A stretch of DNA of 63,337 nucleotides, counting the filler, from Bigelowiella natans CCMP2755 (Eukaryota > Protista > Cercozoa), in assembly GCA_000320545.1 (NCBI GenBank). It is 5 parts of 5 records of this genome, joined end to end, with 100 filler letters (N's around TTAATTAATTAA, not from the genome) between each part and the next. Parts side by side here need not be neighbours in the genome. Positions count along the whole stretch, not along the records: positions 20,345 to 30,232 come from ADNK01001392.1; positions 30,333 to 55,384 come from ADNK01003050.1; 3 more parts are not named here. One strand, written 5' to 3'. The notes beneath the pieces were generated by a model. That model was not told where the DNA came from, ran no database searches, and worked only from the letters and a program-made list of their open reading frames with translations. Position 1 is the first letter of the stretch; each line of letters begins with the position of its first letter. Made by a program: the position numbers and the translations under genes. Below are positions 23,550 to 37,489 of this stretch, piece by piece.

Positions 23550-24148
23550 CAAAGGTGAAGCTCTAAGAAAGTTAGCAGCGCGCTCGTACGTAATGTAGCT
23601 GTGGCGATATGTAGATGCAGTATGGCAGCACCGCATTTAAAAAAAAAATAAAATCAATGTGCGCGTATGTGCAATCTCGCAGTGCATGTGCGCGATGCAA
23701 AACCACGATGTTGGTAAAGCGCGCGCTATCATTGCCTTCTATCCACCCTTGCCCGCCCGCTGCGCTACAGCGAGTCGCATACACCTCTAGACCTGTGCGT
23801 TGCCACAGTCTAAAATGTAGCAGTGCAGCTATACGTATCATTATGCTTCATTTGGCAGAAGTCCGATTACAGTAAATTCTATGCTAATCATGCTGGTGTG
23901 CGTAGCACAGTCGCCCATTAAAGCACAAACCGCTTTTTCTAGTTTTGCACATACGACAGAGCTAGACCCCCTGAAAGCTGATGCACGCTATGCGGTGTGT
24001 GATATGTGCGACAGTGGTTCGTAGCAACACGTGTTCACATGCTACTGCACACGTAGTCTGCAAAAGCGTAAACATGCAAGCTTGTGTGCGTAGCTTTATA
24101 CATGTGTGACATGCATGAGGAGGATCTGAAGGAAGAGATAAGGTCGAG

Positions 24149-27100
24149 CTACACGTTGGATGCTAGTGCTCCTTCTCCCTCATTTTTCTGAGCTGCTGTG
24201 CTACGGAGGTCCAGTTCTGTGCCGTCGCTAAGTCTACTGTCAGGGAGCGATGTGCACGGAAAGGGCAGCAGGCTGCACTTAGTGCTGATTCGACTCTCCT
24301 GCTTGCTCTGCAGAGACGACATGCTAGATTTCAAACCCAACACCGTTTGGCTGAACTTGTACCCCTCCACCCAGACCATCAGCTGCGTGAATTCGGGCGA
24401 GGTTTTGAAGGCTTCCAGATGCTTCATTCTTACCGTTTTCCGCACTTCGCTCTCGGACGCCGCGAACATCCCGGCATGTGAGTCACCCTCCCGGACCTCC
24501 TCTATGATCTCGTCGACCAAGCTCTTCTCCAGTCCCAGCTGGGGGAGGCAGTCCTCGCTGAAGTACTTCTCGACGAGCTCCTGCGCCCGCTTCTGTATCG
24601 GCTCGATGTCCTCTGCCAGATCGAAGGGGATTGCCCAGACGCGAAACAGCTTCACAGCCGACAGGTAGTCCAGGCACACGCTGTTCCCTTCAAGTTTCTT
24701 CAGGAACTTGGCGAAGAGCTCCCTGCCCCTCGGGTGGTTGATGATGCTGCTCAGCTTGCACTTCTCCCCTGCTATCCTCAGCTCGGCCGTCGCCATCGCC
24801 CTCGGTTTGGACATGAAGAACCTCCGGAAGTCCTTCTTATCTACTGTGAACAGCACGAGAGGAGAGAGGGCTGTCACTGTCGCCGTGCGCGGGTTCTGAT
24901 CAAGCACCAGCGCAATCTCGCCAAAGTAGGCGCGCGGCCCTAGCTTTCTCAGCACCTTTCCTCCATTGGAGCTGACCGACACCTCGCCGGAGATGATGTT
25001 GTAAAACTTATCTCCGATGTCGCCCTGCTTGAACACCACCTCCCGCGTCTTGAAGGTCCTGACGACCGAGTACTTCTTCACGAGGTCTTGGAGCTCATCT
25101 AGGCTGAGGTGCTCGAAGAACGGCACCTGGCTCTCGAGCAGGATTTGCAGGAACAGCTTATTCAGGACGTTGGTGATTGATAGCTTCGTCTGCGCGCAGA
25201 AGGACTGCAGAGCTTTTGCGCTCAGCTCGAGAACAAGGGAGTCCTCGATCGCGCGAATGGAAGCCGTACGCGCCTCCCCCGGCCTCACCATCGACAGCTC
25301 TCCGAACGTCTCTGCTGGACCCAAGGTGCGGACGACGCTTTCCTCCCTTGTCTTCTCGTCGTAGATACTCCCTTCAAGCTTGCCTTCAAAGACGAGGTAC
25401 ATCGCATAGCCGCGGTTCCCCTGTGAGTACACATGCTGGCCGGCTCTGTACTCGCGGTAGCTCAGCATCAGGCGTAGCGTGGACAAGTGCGTGAGACTGA
25501 GCCCCTTGAATATCTCCGAGGCGCTCACTATCTTCCGAAGCCCGGCGTCGAAGATCTCCGTCAGCCGCCCCCGTGCCTTGGGAAACTTCTTGGCGAACGC
25601 TGTGATGTCGGCATGGCTCAGGAGAGCGAATTGCGTGTCTTCCAAGGTCCGCACCATCCTTGCGGAGTTTGGCGAGGAGGTGAACGTGGAGCCGAAGGAC
25701 TCGAACGGCAAGCGGGTGGTCAGGTATTCTGCCTCTCTCGCGCCCCGAGCGGACAAGTAGATCCCGAGTGACCCGGATGTGATAATGTGAAAGTCGTCAA
25801 TTCTCTCCCCCCGCTCCGCCACCCAGGTGCCCTTCTTCACCTCCTTTATGCGCAGCCTCTCGGCGAGGAAGGAGATCTCCTTGTCGCCCAGGATGTAGCT
25901 GAGAGCGGCAGATTTTTCGAGGACGTCTATCGGATCGAGGCTTTCTGCGTAGCTCTGTAGCATCGCCTTCCAGCGCTGCCAGATCGCGGAGGTGGGCGCG
26001 CGAAGGCTGAGGACCTCTCGCTTTGTTTTCAATTGGTTGAGAAATACATGGATCTGGAGCTTGTCTTTCGACGACTCCACGCGCTCGATGTGGCGCGTGT
26101 TGAGCTCCCCTTTCTGATCTATGGAATGCTCGTTCTGAAACCATGCGAGTGTGTAGAAGTTGTCGCCGCTCACACCATCCGGAAGAGCTCGGAAGTACCG
26201 GCGTTGGTACATGCCCATGAAGCCCTGTAAAAGCGAGGTGGTTTGGTGGAAGGGGGAGGGGGGGAGGAAAGAAGGGTGTCAACAGAAGTCAGGCTATAGA
26301 TATGCAGCAACCTTACCTTCTTATCGAGCCACCCTTCCATGTATGCCTCTTCCTCAAAATCGAAGGCTTCCTTTCGAACAAACTTGTAGATCTCTTGGTC
26401 TTTCTTCTCCGAAAGCGACCGCCGTACCCTGGCAGTACATGCACGCGCTATGTTGTATGATGGAAGAAATGGACGTACCAAAGCACTCACATTTCGACTC
26501 TTTTAAAGGTATTGCCTCAATCTTCGTGTTATGGAGTTATTCAAGAGATATGTGCATATGTTACTGTAGCATCTGTGTTCTACCTTCCAAGAGATCTTAC
26601 GTATTCATGCTCCAAGTTTATCGTGAAGGGCTTCGAGGAGGCTTTGAAGTTCTTCTCGCATCCTAAACTAAGAATAACGCCTGATTTGAAAAGTAGCTGG
26701 CAGATGCCCATGGCATGGCCTTCATCTTTTGCGATTCTGCGGAAAGGAAGAGAGTGAAAATCAGAGAAATTCGAGCAAACTCTGGGCGTCGTTCCGTATT
26801 GGATGCATGTGCACATGTGCATATGTGCGTGTCAGTGATGATAGATATACCTGTGCAGCAGCAAAAATGCGATGAGTTCCTCCGACACGAAGCAACGCTT
26901 GTAAAGTGTTCCCAATATTTCCCTCGAAGAAAGACGCAAGCCCGGTAACACGATTCGCGCTAAAGTAATGAGCTCGAACCTCGTTCCAAATCCCTCTGCA
27001 ACCATCTCAGAAGCCAGAAGCGTGATTTCAAGACCCGCTGGATTTCTCAAGGTCCCAAATCGTATGGATTTTGCCTCGTCCTGCCATTCGACCTTCAGAA

Positions 27101-27266
27101 TGTGAGAGTAGTGCACAGAGACTTCCGCGCAATCTATAGTCTTTCGCTTTCCGCTTTCCAGTGTGACGCCCTCCACTTCTACCAGTCCATTCAGCTTGTC
27201 TTCAGTGCTTAGGGAAACGCGAATCTTGTACGAAAAATCGTTCACGACGGAAACCCTGCCCCCCAT
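24149..27266 (-). CDS. Signalling protein: N-terminal MG, DEP, PH, three cyclic-nucleotide-binding domains and a C-terminal RGS domain
   Basis: DEP: YKRCFVSEELIAFLL...EGHAMGICQLLFKSGVI. PH: YMEGWLDKK-GFMGMYQRRYF...LSLRAPTSAIWQRWKAML. CNB: FGELSMVRPGEARTASIRA and YFGEIALVLDQNPRTATVTA, plus one degenerate copy. RGS: IINHPRGRELFAKFL...AQELVEKYF...FAASESEV...AFKTSPEF. Confidence 0.85.
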
Positions 27267-27702
27267 TGTGAACGCTTTCCGATTGCTGGATTGACGTATG
27301 AGAGTTCGGTAGTCGGCGCAACGTAACGTCGGCGTCGAACGCAATTACATGGGGTTACTACCCTGCGACATCGAATGATTTGCGAAACGACATGAGGATT
27401 CTTTTAGCCTGGGATGCTCAGTGCAGTGCGACATCACGCAACTGGGTATCTCAAGCCTGCGACAAGGCTACTTTCAAGACGCTCGCCTTATGTTAGCATA
27501 TTTTTATGGTTTTTTGTTTTAGGGTAGAAACGCTATTGAAATTGGTGTGGAGTACGACGTAAAAGCGAGTCGCAGGCCGATTTTCCGAGGCACAAGTTTC
27601 GTGGCAATAATAATGGCGGGTGGTAGTTTCGTTTGTTCCTGCTCGAGCTCAAATCGGGCCACTGAGGATTAGGGGGGGTTTCTACAAGCCCCACACAAAA
27701 AG

Positions 27703-28389
27703 ATGGAGGGGGGAAATTCACCGAGCCGAAACCCAAAAGGCCTTTCAATCGAAGTGGATGCCTCGGTGGCGGCAGAGTCTACGGCGAGGATCGCGGCCCT
27801 GCGGAAGCACAGGTAGCAGTCGTTGGGGGAGGGTGGGAAGTGGTGAGCTATTTAGTGGAAGATTAAAGAATCTGCGAGAATAATAAATTATATTCTTTTT
27901 TGCATGATGTAACCTCTCCCCCACAATGCCAGCACACCCCCGAGTAAGCGGATTTTGGCCCCATTGAAGAAGTCCTTCTCCCCCTCCGCTTTAAAACCGG
28001 TGAAGCTACCACTTGGGGTTGCGGGTGGTGCCCTTCCTTCTTCGTTCGGTCCGGGATCTACGTTGAAGCGGCTAGAAAGAAAGTCCGAGAAGGGGGCTGT
28101 TAATGAAGACTCGAAGAAACAGAGAAGCTCCTCCTCTTCCTCTAAGGTGACGCCGCAATCAGCACCCAATGGAAAACCAGTACAAAGCAGCTTCTTTAGG
28201 ATCGCTGCCAAGAAGGCTGCTGCCAGGGTGCGTATGACTGATAACTTCCGAAATGCGCAGAAGAATAAGCAGCAGCAGCAGCAGAAAGAGGGTGTGAAGG
28301 CTGGAGGACAACCGGCTCTGGGAAGCGGGGTGCAACAATCGGGGGGGGGCAGGGCCACCGAACAAGTTGAAATGCAACAGCTGGGGAAG

Positions 28390-28430
<41 letters not shown>

Positions 28431-30082
28431 GACGACGACGATGGCAGCGGCGCGCAAAAAGTCGCAGGATGTCCCACCATCGGTAGCAGCTGCAACAACA
28501 GACAGGGAGAAGGCCAGCAGCCAAAGGAGACGTTTAGGCACCAGCGGCGCGACGAAGAATCGCAGGTCCACCCCCCCCCAACAGCAGATCGATGAGTTGG
28601 AGAGAAAACGAAAGAGGATGATGAAGAACGCGTTTGGCCATGGCCAACAACAAGGCGTCGAGGATGATGGAGACGTCGTTTCCGACGCCGAACAAGTCGA
28701 AGGCGAGGGGGCGCACAATAGAAGAAGAAACAGGAGGCAAAGACGACATCGAGGAGGTGCCGCTGCTGCAGCCTGGAGACAGCCGAAACGCTACTACACG
28801 AGAACTCCGATCGAAGCCCTCAGGGTGCCCTCAATAAACATAATTTCCCTGGAGAGAGCGACTCTTTAGCTAGTAGTCTTGGTGTCGATGATGCTGATTT
28901 ACTCTCGTTCATACGCATATTAATATATACTTTATTGTATGTGTACTTTATTGTATTTAAGTATATATTACTTGTATGTGTGTGTTTGTGTGCAGTTGCG
29001 AGTTGTACTGGAAAATGCCCCCCCCCCTCAAGGGGCGCAGCAAAATCTGAAAGACAGCAAGATATCCGAGAGGTTCGTTCGGTAACTTAACTAAGAGATT
29101 AATGCTACTTTCCGCAGCTCCAAGGACGATGCGGTGCGGTGGTGAAAACAGCGATCATCCTCTGTGACGCATAGCCAACCATCAAGCAATGAATCAATCA
29201 ATCAACAATGACTTATTTGGAGCTCGCGAGGGCCCTTTTTGCTCTGCGGCAAGACAATGCGAGAGTCACATCATCCCCTCGCGAATTGCCTTTGATCAAA
29301 ACTATGGAGAAACGAATTCATATCCATTCGCAACCTGCATATTCTCCCCCCCCCCCCCCTCCGTTGCAGGCGATCCGCTCTACGTCGGTTGTCCGCCCGT
29401 GCGGGAGAAGGAAAGAAAGGAGGGGCTGAGGATGATGCGAAAAGGATTAGAAGAAGAGACGAGAAGGGGGGAGGGCGGACGAGAGACAATACGAATGGAG
29501 AGATCGGTGGTGAGAGAAAGGAAATAGAGGAAAAAGACGCCAACGGCGGCAGTATTGGTGCTGCTGCAGCACTTAAACAGAAGGAATCTCTACGGGGCTC
29601 GGCCTCAAGGAAAGAAGGAAAAGACGCAGGGGCTACTACGAGCGAGCCAGAGCGCATAAAAAGGGTGGGATGAACATCAACAACAAGAAGAACTACAACT
29701 ACTATACGAGGAGAGACGTTCGAAACCAAAAGACGATGATGATAAGGCTGATAATAGATAGGCGGCAGCATGGATTTGCAGGGTGTTCGTGGTAGCACAG
29801 CAGAGGCACGCCCTGAGATTGATATGTGTGTGTGTGGGTGGGGGTGGGGGGGGGTGTATCATCGCCATGCTGTCGTCGCTGTGAGCGAAGCGTTGCCGTA
29901 TTTGTTGTTTTTGGATGTTTTCCGACGGCCACGCGAGGAGGTGAGAAAACGCCCATCAAAGCTCCAAAAATGTGCAACTCCTCGCGACTGATGGGGGAAT
30001 CACGTCGCCGTTGTTTTGACACACAACATGATGGAGCAGCAGCAGCAGCAGCAGCAGCAAACTGTTGGTGACCACAAAACAT

Positions 30083-30116
<34 letters not shown>

Positions 30117-30770
30117 CGAGAGAGTATTCAGCTGGCAGCAGAAGATCTTCTCACCACAAGAGATTCGCAGGTGATATTGCTGCCACAGGAGGAGGAGGAG
30201 GAAGAGAAAGACCGTTCTGCACTTTGCCTCGCNNNNNNNNNNNNNNNNNNNNNNNNNNNNNNNNNNNNNNNNNNNNTTAATTAATTAANNNNNNNNNNNN
30301 NNNNNNNNNNNNNNNNNNNNNNNNNNNNNNNNAAAAAACAATCCTTGCCAAAAAAGCAATCTTATCGTGTTTCACGTTTTTTGGAATTTGGGGGGGGGGG
30401 TCACAACAGCAGATATACACATTCCATCATAGTTGTTCTAGTAGTGTCTCGCACGCCATTTGTCTCTTTTTGCGTCTATCGTCTTGTTAGGTGGGGGCAC
30501 AGGCCCGAGGGACCGCTTGTGCTACCAGAGAAAACATGCAAAAAGCCCTCGCAACGACGTTGCTCGAGCGCGGGCAAATCTAGTCAGGATGATGATAGCT
30601 CTAGGTTTGGTAGTGGGACGGCATATTCCTCATCGTCGTCATTGGGCTCGGACAGCACGCCGAGCCTGGTGCGGGTGGCCCCGCAGCAGGTTGATTTCAA
30701 CTCAGGTATTTATCGATGGGAGAGTACTCTACCTAACTTAAAGCCTGTGTGCATACCCGCATCCGAATGA
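27703..30770 (+). CDS. Hypothetical low-complexity, basic, multi-exon protein spanning a gap
   Basis: ATG exon at 27703 (MEGGNSPSR...), a long open exon at about 27950-28823, and further GT-AG-bounded open segments. No recognisable domain. Confidence 0.45.
30233..30332. other. Assembly gap with artificial TTAATTAATTAA spacer
   Basis: Same layout as the other gaps. Confidence 0.95.
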
Positions 30771-31155
30771 GAAAGCGTGTGCGACGTTTGTGTGGTGGTT
30801 TTGTGCTGTGAAAGATGAAAAACAAGACGCTACCAGTGTCTTCGCCGAGCATGCGAAAGAGTGGAGGGAGCAGGTGGTTCCTTGTAGCGCAGATGCAACT
30901 TCCAGCTGGCCCGTGCGTGCGTTTGTCGTTCACGATTCGTTATGACCTTATTGAAAATTCAAAGCTTGTCAAATTGCGATAATAACACACATCAGAGGCT
31001 CCCCTTCCCAATGGGCGCGTCTGCTATTATAGAGAAGAGGAATGATGGTCAAGAACCGTCACTGGCATCATCAGCAGCAAAGGCCGCATCGGCGAAGATG
31101 TTTCCCGTGCACGTTATCAACTACAACTATGTCAGCTAATCGAATTTTTCATGCT

Positions 31156-31191
<36 letters not shown>

Positions 31192-31192
31192 G

Positions 31193-31248
<56 letters not shown>

Positions 31249-31882
31249 CACGTAGACACTCATATCGTCACTAAGCACACGCATGATTTTATCATCTGAT
31301 TAGAACAAAGACGCAGCACAGAAGATGACGGCGAAATTAAAAGCGAAGGAGCCGTATTGGGAGTGGCATAGCGGTTCTCTAGACGTTTTGATTAGTAACC
31401 GCTGATTGGCGGTGATATAAAGCGATATATGCATGCCAGCGACTGTGCATTGTTGAGATAATGATATCTGGTGGTATACCACTTGCAATTCACCTTATCA
31501 GATGCTGCCTGTGTTTGTGTGTACTGCTTGCTGTCCATCTATACATTGTTTGCTGTGTAGCTGTACGTCCTGCGCGCATATGGAACAGACTAGCTGTACT
31601 GCTCTATGCTTCTCATGATTTCGAAGGCGCAGGTGCTTTGTATGCATCTAAGTATTTTTACAGAAAACTAGAAAAGCATAACAAGCCATCTTCTTGATGT
31701 TGCGCTAGGCTGTACGCAAACTGATATCTTTGTACGTGGCGAGTTCAGAAAGCAATGCTGCATGTATGCACGCAAGCGTATGTACCGTGCACAATGCAGA
31801 GCATACTATATTCGTTTACAAGTAGTAGTATCGCGCAAATTATGGCTGCTGACAAACAATAAAAGGCCAACTTGCCGATGCA

Positions 31883-32814
31883 TTATTTGCGCCCTTTGCG
31901 ACCGGGATTTCTATTGCTTTTCTTCTTCTTTCGTATTGCGCTACTAGGCCTTCTTCCGCTCAAGCTCAGGTTTATATCGCCACCAGCATCTCTTTCCCTT
32001 CCGTTAACACCTCGTCGGTTGGTTTTAGGTTTGCTTCGTGAAGCTTTAGTTCGGGGATTGTTTTCAGAAACAGCGGCAACCGCCCTGCCCCTTCCTCCGC
32101 GTGTAATACCTGTACAGAAGCGCGCGAATCGAAAGGAGTGAGCGAAGATCGCCGAATTCAATGAACGTGCATCCAGCAACGTTTCCATAATTTTCAAAGC
32201 TCAAATAAATTCGTGAGGGCTCGATTCGGATGTACCACTACAATCTAGACAACGTCGTTTTGTTTGCACTCTCGATCACAAAAAAGGGTTATGATTGTTG
32301 TGCTAGTTCCTGATTGGTATGAAATCTCTCATTCGCCTCAGCCATACCACTGCTACGTCCGCTGCCATTTCTCCCTTGAGTTACGCGAGCGCTATCAAGA
32401 CGAGGGAGACCAACGATTCCAGCGCCCTGGAACGGAGTTGTCAATACAAGGCATAGCAACCCAACCGCAAACAAAATTAAATAAGCGCCCTCGGCCTCAT
32501 CGAGGGAAGGTTAGACACTGTTTGCGCTCTCCTTTTGCAATTTCAGATTTCCCAAAGGAGAGAAGATGACTCGTTTAAGAAAGCGCAAAGGCATGGAGGG
32601 GAGGGCAATCAGATGTCAAGGTCACGATTACCGGACTGTCTCTGAAGAGCGATGATTTAGCCCCCCCCCGTTGTTGCTCTGAACCGCGCTTCGTTCTGGT
32701 CCCTGAGACAATTAAGCAGTTGTATTTGGATTAGCTCCAACGGTAGGAGCAATTGTTGGATGTAAAGACGAAGAAGAAGAATTGCTGATGAATATGTATT
32801 ATAACGACGCGATA

Positions 32815-32857
<43 letters not shown>

Positions 32858-34137
32858 GCATACTTATTCGTAAATGCATGTGTGTGTGTATTGTATGCTC
32901 GTACAAGCAAGAAAATATTTGATTTGCACCTTGCCTTCGAATCGAGGGTTTTGATGTTACTCTTTTACTTTCTACGTTATCTTCAGTGTTATCTTCGGTG
33001 TAAATGAACATCACACACGCACACACATACACGCGCACACACACAACACACACAACACACAAAACATACACACACACACACAAAACACAAGCACCACATC
33101 TAACCAATCAAACACTTTATTGTATTTTATAATGTACCTTGTCCTTGGCGAAGGCGAGAGAGAGAGGCAATGGGGTCAATACCCATCTTGCATAAATCAC
33201 ATAAGAACCATCGTGTAAGGACGAAGCTTCTCTACACTTACGCGTATAAATACAAGATGAGCATGCCTTACATGGAATCGTGGGTTGCTCATGCTTCGAT
33301 GCTTACTTCTAAGACCTTTACTCCTGCAATCACCAAAGTCGTTCATAAAGCTCATATCGTGAAATCAATTATCAGCCAAGTTTCGTCTCTCCGTTTTCAT
33401 CGTGTTTGTGGTCGGAATCGCGCATCCATTCACTTGTGAATATGCTGTGCATTATCGGCCACAACAAGCACGTATGGCGACTGTTTTTACCCAGAACGTG
33501 GAGGCCTTCTCGTTTTCTCAGCAGCAGCATCCAGCTTCGAATCCCGCCCCCCTCCCCTCTTTTTCGTGTGCTTTGAGCGATGGCGAGAGCTCGACGCAGC
33601 TTCTCCACGCTGGTGAAGGGCCGTCTGCCTCTTCCGGCAGCTTGTTAACATGTGGAACTAACACCGCATTCAACTGAAATCATCCCGCCATTCATTCTTA
33701 ATCAAATTATCCCCCCCCCCCCCCCCCCCCCCCTCCCCTCCCTCCCCTCTGATCGTTCCTTGTCTCTCATTGACCTGTAGTGCCTCGACGTCGGCGCACG
33801 TTTTCTTACATCTCGGGCAGCGAGGTAGCAGCGAGGAGGAGGAGGATGACGAAGAGGGGAGCGACTCGCCTACCGAACAGAAATATAATAAATAAAACCC
33901 CCCCAATATCTGGAACGAGCCACTCCGGGACAAGAATGAAGAGATAATATCAATGATGTGCAATGAATGTTAGGTAAGATGTGTTGATATGAATTTGCCC
34001 CCACCGCGCTGTCTTGCCTCCGCCATGGAAAGATCTTGCACCGCTCTGCCGATGTGAAGGAACAATAACGAATGACGACTTCGCTCTCCAATATATACTC
34101 AGCCATTGGTGTAAAGGACATAGACATATTATATTTC

Positions 34138-34197
<60 letters not shown>

Positions 34198-36642
34198 TAG
34201 TGTGTGTGTATCTCAAACATTTACACTCTTTATATTTGTAGTAATATATTCGCTGCTACCTGAGCAGTTCATCCTCAATTTCTTTACTATCAAGCATTTT
34301 GAGAGAACTCTTTCTGCTGTTCTTCCTGTCATTAGCAGAGGGGGGGCACCTCAATGATTGATCCACATGCTCATGCTGCTAGCCCTCATTGACCATTCAG
34401 CCATAGAACCAGCATCATGTATGCGTCAGCAGTTTTCCATTGGACGCAGGCAATCTACCTGGTATTCGCAGGTAAGCTTGAAGACCGAACAGTATTTGAG
34501 GAAGGATTTCCGTAAGAACACGCCGTATTTATCTGGTTAAAACACCAAACGAAGGCCTTGTGGTTAGGGTCTTTATCACCCACGAAAGAAGGCGTTTGTC
34601 GTGAATGGGTGGCTACGTCTATGCACCGATTCTAACGGGAATATGCATAGCGATCGATAGAACTTACGTGGAGCTCCATATCTCGCAGGCGAATCCATCT
34701 ATGTATGTTATCAGGAAGAGAAATAACAGATTCGGCTAAATTTCAATGCAGCTTTCACCACAGTGAATTCTGCGCTTGGTACATATCAGAAGGAGAAGAG
34801 GGCCACACGTATGGCATTGTAAAACGAACAAATTGACATGTTTGGATGATAAGCTACCGCGAGCATAACTCGCATTGATTCGTCCGGCTTCCGCAATACG
34901 CCTGAAAAATAGCACAGAGCCTCACACGCACTCACACACTCACACACACACGTGCGCGCGCACACGCACTTTGCATTTCGATAGATCAGAGGATATATGT
35001 CTTAATACGATATGTTTATCTGCGCATGATTATCATGTTCGTTCCGTGAGTGCGTGTGAGTCAAACCTGATGCTGCTCGATGTCTTTGTGAGGGAAGAAC
35101 AATTTACAAAAGGAGCAGGACACAAGACGGTTGGCCTGCAAAGCACACGCAGCAGCATGCTGATCAGAACGCGAAACGCGCGTGGAAATTGCGCGCGCAC
35201 GCATGTGTTTTGTGTCTCTCTCAAAAGCAACGAGTAGGCAGAAACATACGCAGTGGCGCTGGAGGTGCTCTTCCATATCCTTCCTCTTGACTGACTGCCC
35301 GCAGGAGCATATCTGAGAAGACTCGGGACAACTTAACTCATGGCTTGGCAGCGCATCCACAGGGAACGATGCCTGACAAGGGCGAAAGTCAATATGATAG
35401 AAGTGTTATTCGAAAAGGAAAACGCTCCGGAAAATGCGTTAGGTTGCTGCCACCATGCAGAGCTTGCACTTCGCCGTTACTTCCTTTTGCTCCGCGACTG
35501 TCTTGTTCGTTAGAGCATGTTCTTGTCGCAACGTGCGCTTTCCTTCTTTTCCCGGTCTTTGAACCTGACCCTTCGGACACAGGAATGTACGTAAAACTGC
35601 TTCGTTCTTATCGCCCAATGCTGGGTGTGTAGTTACTTACCGCAGCTTTGCATTTGAGGCCGTTTTTGTGAGCGCGTGCGCAGTGAAGGGAGTGCATGCT
35701 GAAGTTGGCCTTTGAAATCATCCAATGACTTCGTCAGATGCAGAATGATGCACGAGGACATACAAAGATACTTTGCTATATTCATCGCATAATGAGAGAG
35801 GGGGAGGGAGAGAGGGGAAAGACATGATACCTTTGGAATTCTTTTATTGCAGATTTGACACAGTTGTGTATCACTTGACGCTTCGCTTTCAGTCGAACCC
35901 TGAAGTCTGCCTTGAAGCCTGTCACTGGTTTCCCTCTCTCGTTTGGCGTCATCACTTTTCCCTTCGGCTATCATGGAAGAACCGCGACTCTTAATGCCCC
36001 CCCCTTGCGGTGCTAGAGACGTATCATCATTGCCGCTGCCGCTGCTCCAGCCTTTTCCCTTTTGAAGCCACGAGCGACTTCTTGCATTTGATGAATTGGA
36101 GAACGTGAAGGCTAAACTCTGCGAGACATACCACCATCCGTCTTATGGATTAGTTGTGCAAATTGAAACGCGTCCATGCACAACAAAGCAAGGGCGTGTT
36201 GTTGGTAAGAGCGTAGCATCTCTCTTTATCTCATATTTTGTGTTATTGCTGGCGTGTGCTTTACATTCCTGACAGTCACGGTTCAAAGCCACTGATTCCT
36301 ACTGCTACGACTACTACTTGTGATACTTTCCCCCCCCCAATTTGAAAACCTTTATAGTTTTTTGCTCGTCGCTGTCATTGGAGTCGGTACTTCTGGATTC
36401 TGAAAAGAAAAAATCATGAACACTCAGTTAATGTCTCTTCGCGCGCGTGATTTTCGTATTGTTTTGATAAAACCAAAAGCTAGGGGCTTGCTTGTTTGTT
36501 TTGGAACCTTTCACGTCGGTATCCTCCTCCAAAGTAGTTTGAGCGCCTATATCCACTGTTCCCCCCCCCCCCCCGCATTTAGTGCCCAAAAGCATCAACA
36601 GCCAAATGAGTAGAATGTATATATGCTACGTGCATGTGCGAA

Positions 36643-36677
<35 letters not shown>

Positions 36678-36936
36678 GTCTTGTAAGTGCATCCACACGT
36701 GATTTATATTAATCATAACGACTTATGTTTCGTTGCATTTCTCTAGTCTCCAGCCCCCTTCCCCCCCCCGCCCCCACCCCCCATATCCCTCTCTCGTGAG
36801 AGCTCTTCTTGTATAAATCGTTATACGTTTTCTTCTTGGAGGGTTGAGTTCCATAGGAAGATTTTGATCCTACAACAACAAAGAAGTGGCACACACATAC
36901 ACACAAACACACACATACACACTCGAGATTATACAA

Positions 36937-36981
<45 letters not shown>

Positions 36982-37214
36982 AATAAACGCATATGTATTC
37001 GTTAACATGGCATGTGGGCACAAACACAGCTCATTGTAAAGTGTAGGATTGAAGGCATTCTCACCTGTCGAGAGAGAGCAATCGCCTTATTTATCAAATC
37101 TTGCTCTAGTTCCTCAACGCTTTTGGTTTCTGAAAATTTATATTACATTTTATAGGGTGAAAGGGGGGGGGTCAGAGGGTGAAAGGGGGAGGAGTTCAAA
37201 GAAATAAAGACACA

Positions 37215-37308
<94 letters not shown>

Positions 37309-37445
37309 TAGAGGGAAGGGGAGAGAGAGAATCTAAAGGAGTGAGATAGATCGTGTATGATTTAGAAAAAAATGTACCTTGAATTCGCTTCTCCTCTGCT
37401 GCATTGATAGCAGGACAGAATTCAACCTAGTTTCAGAAGCGTTTG

Positions 37446-37489
<44 letters not shown>

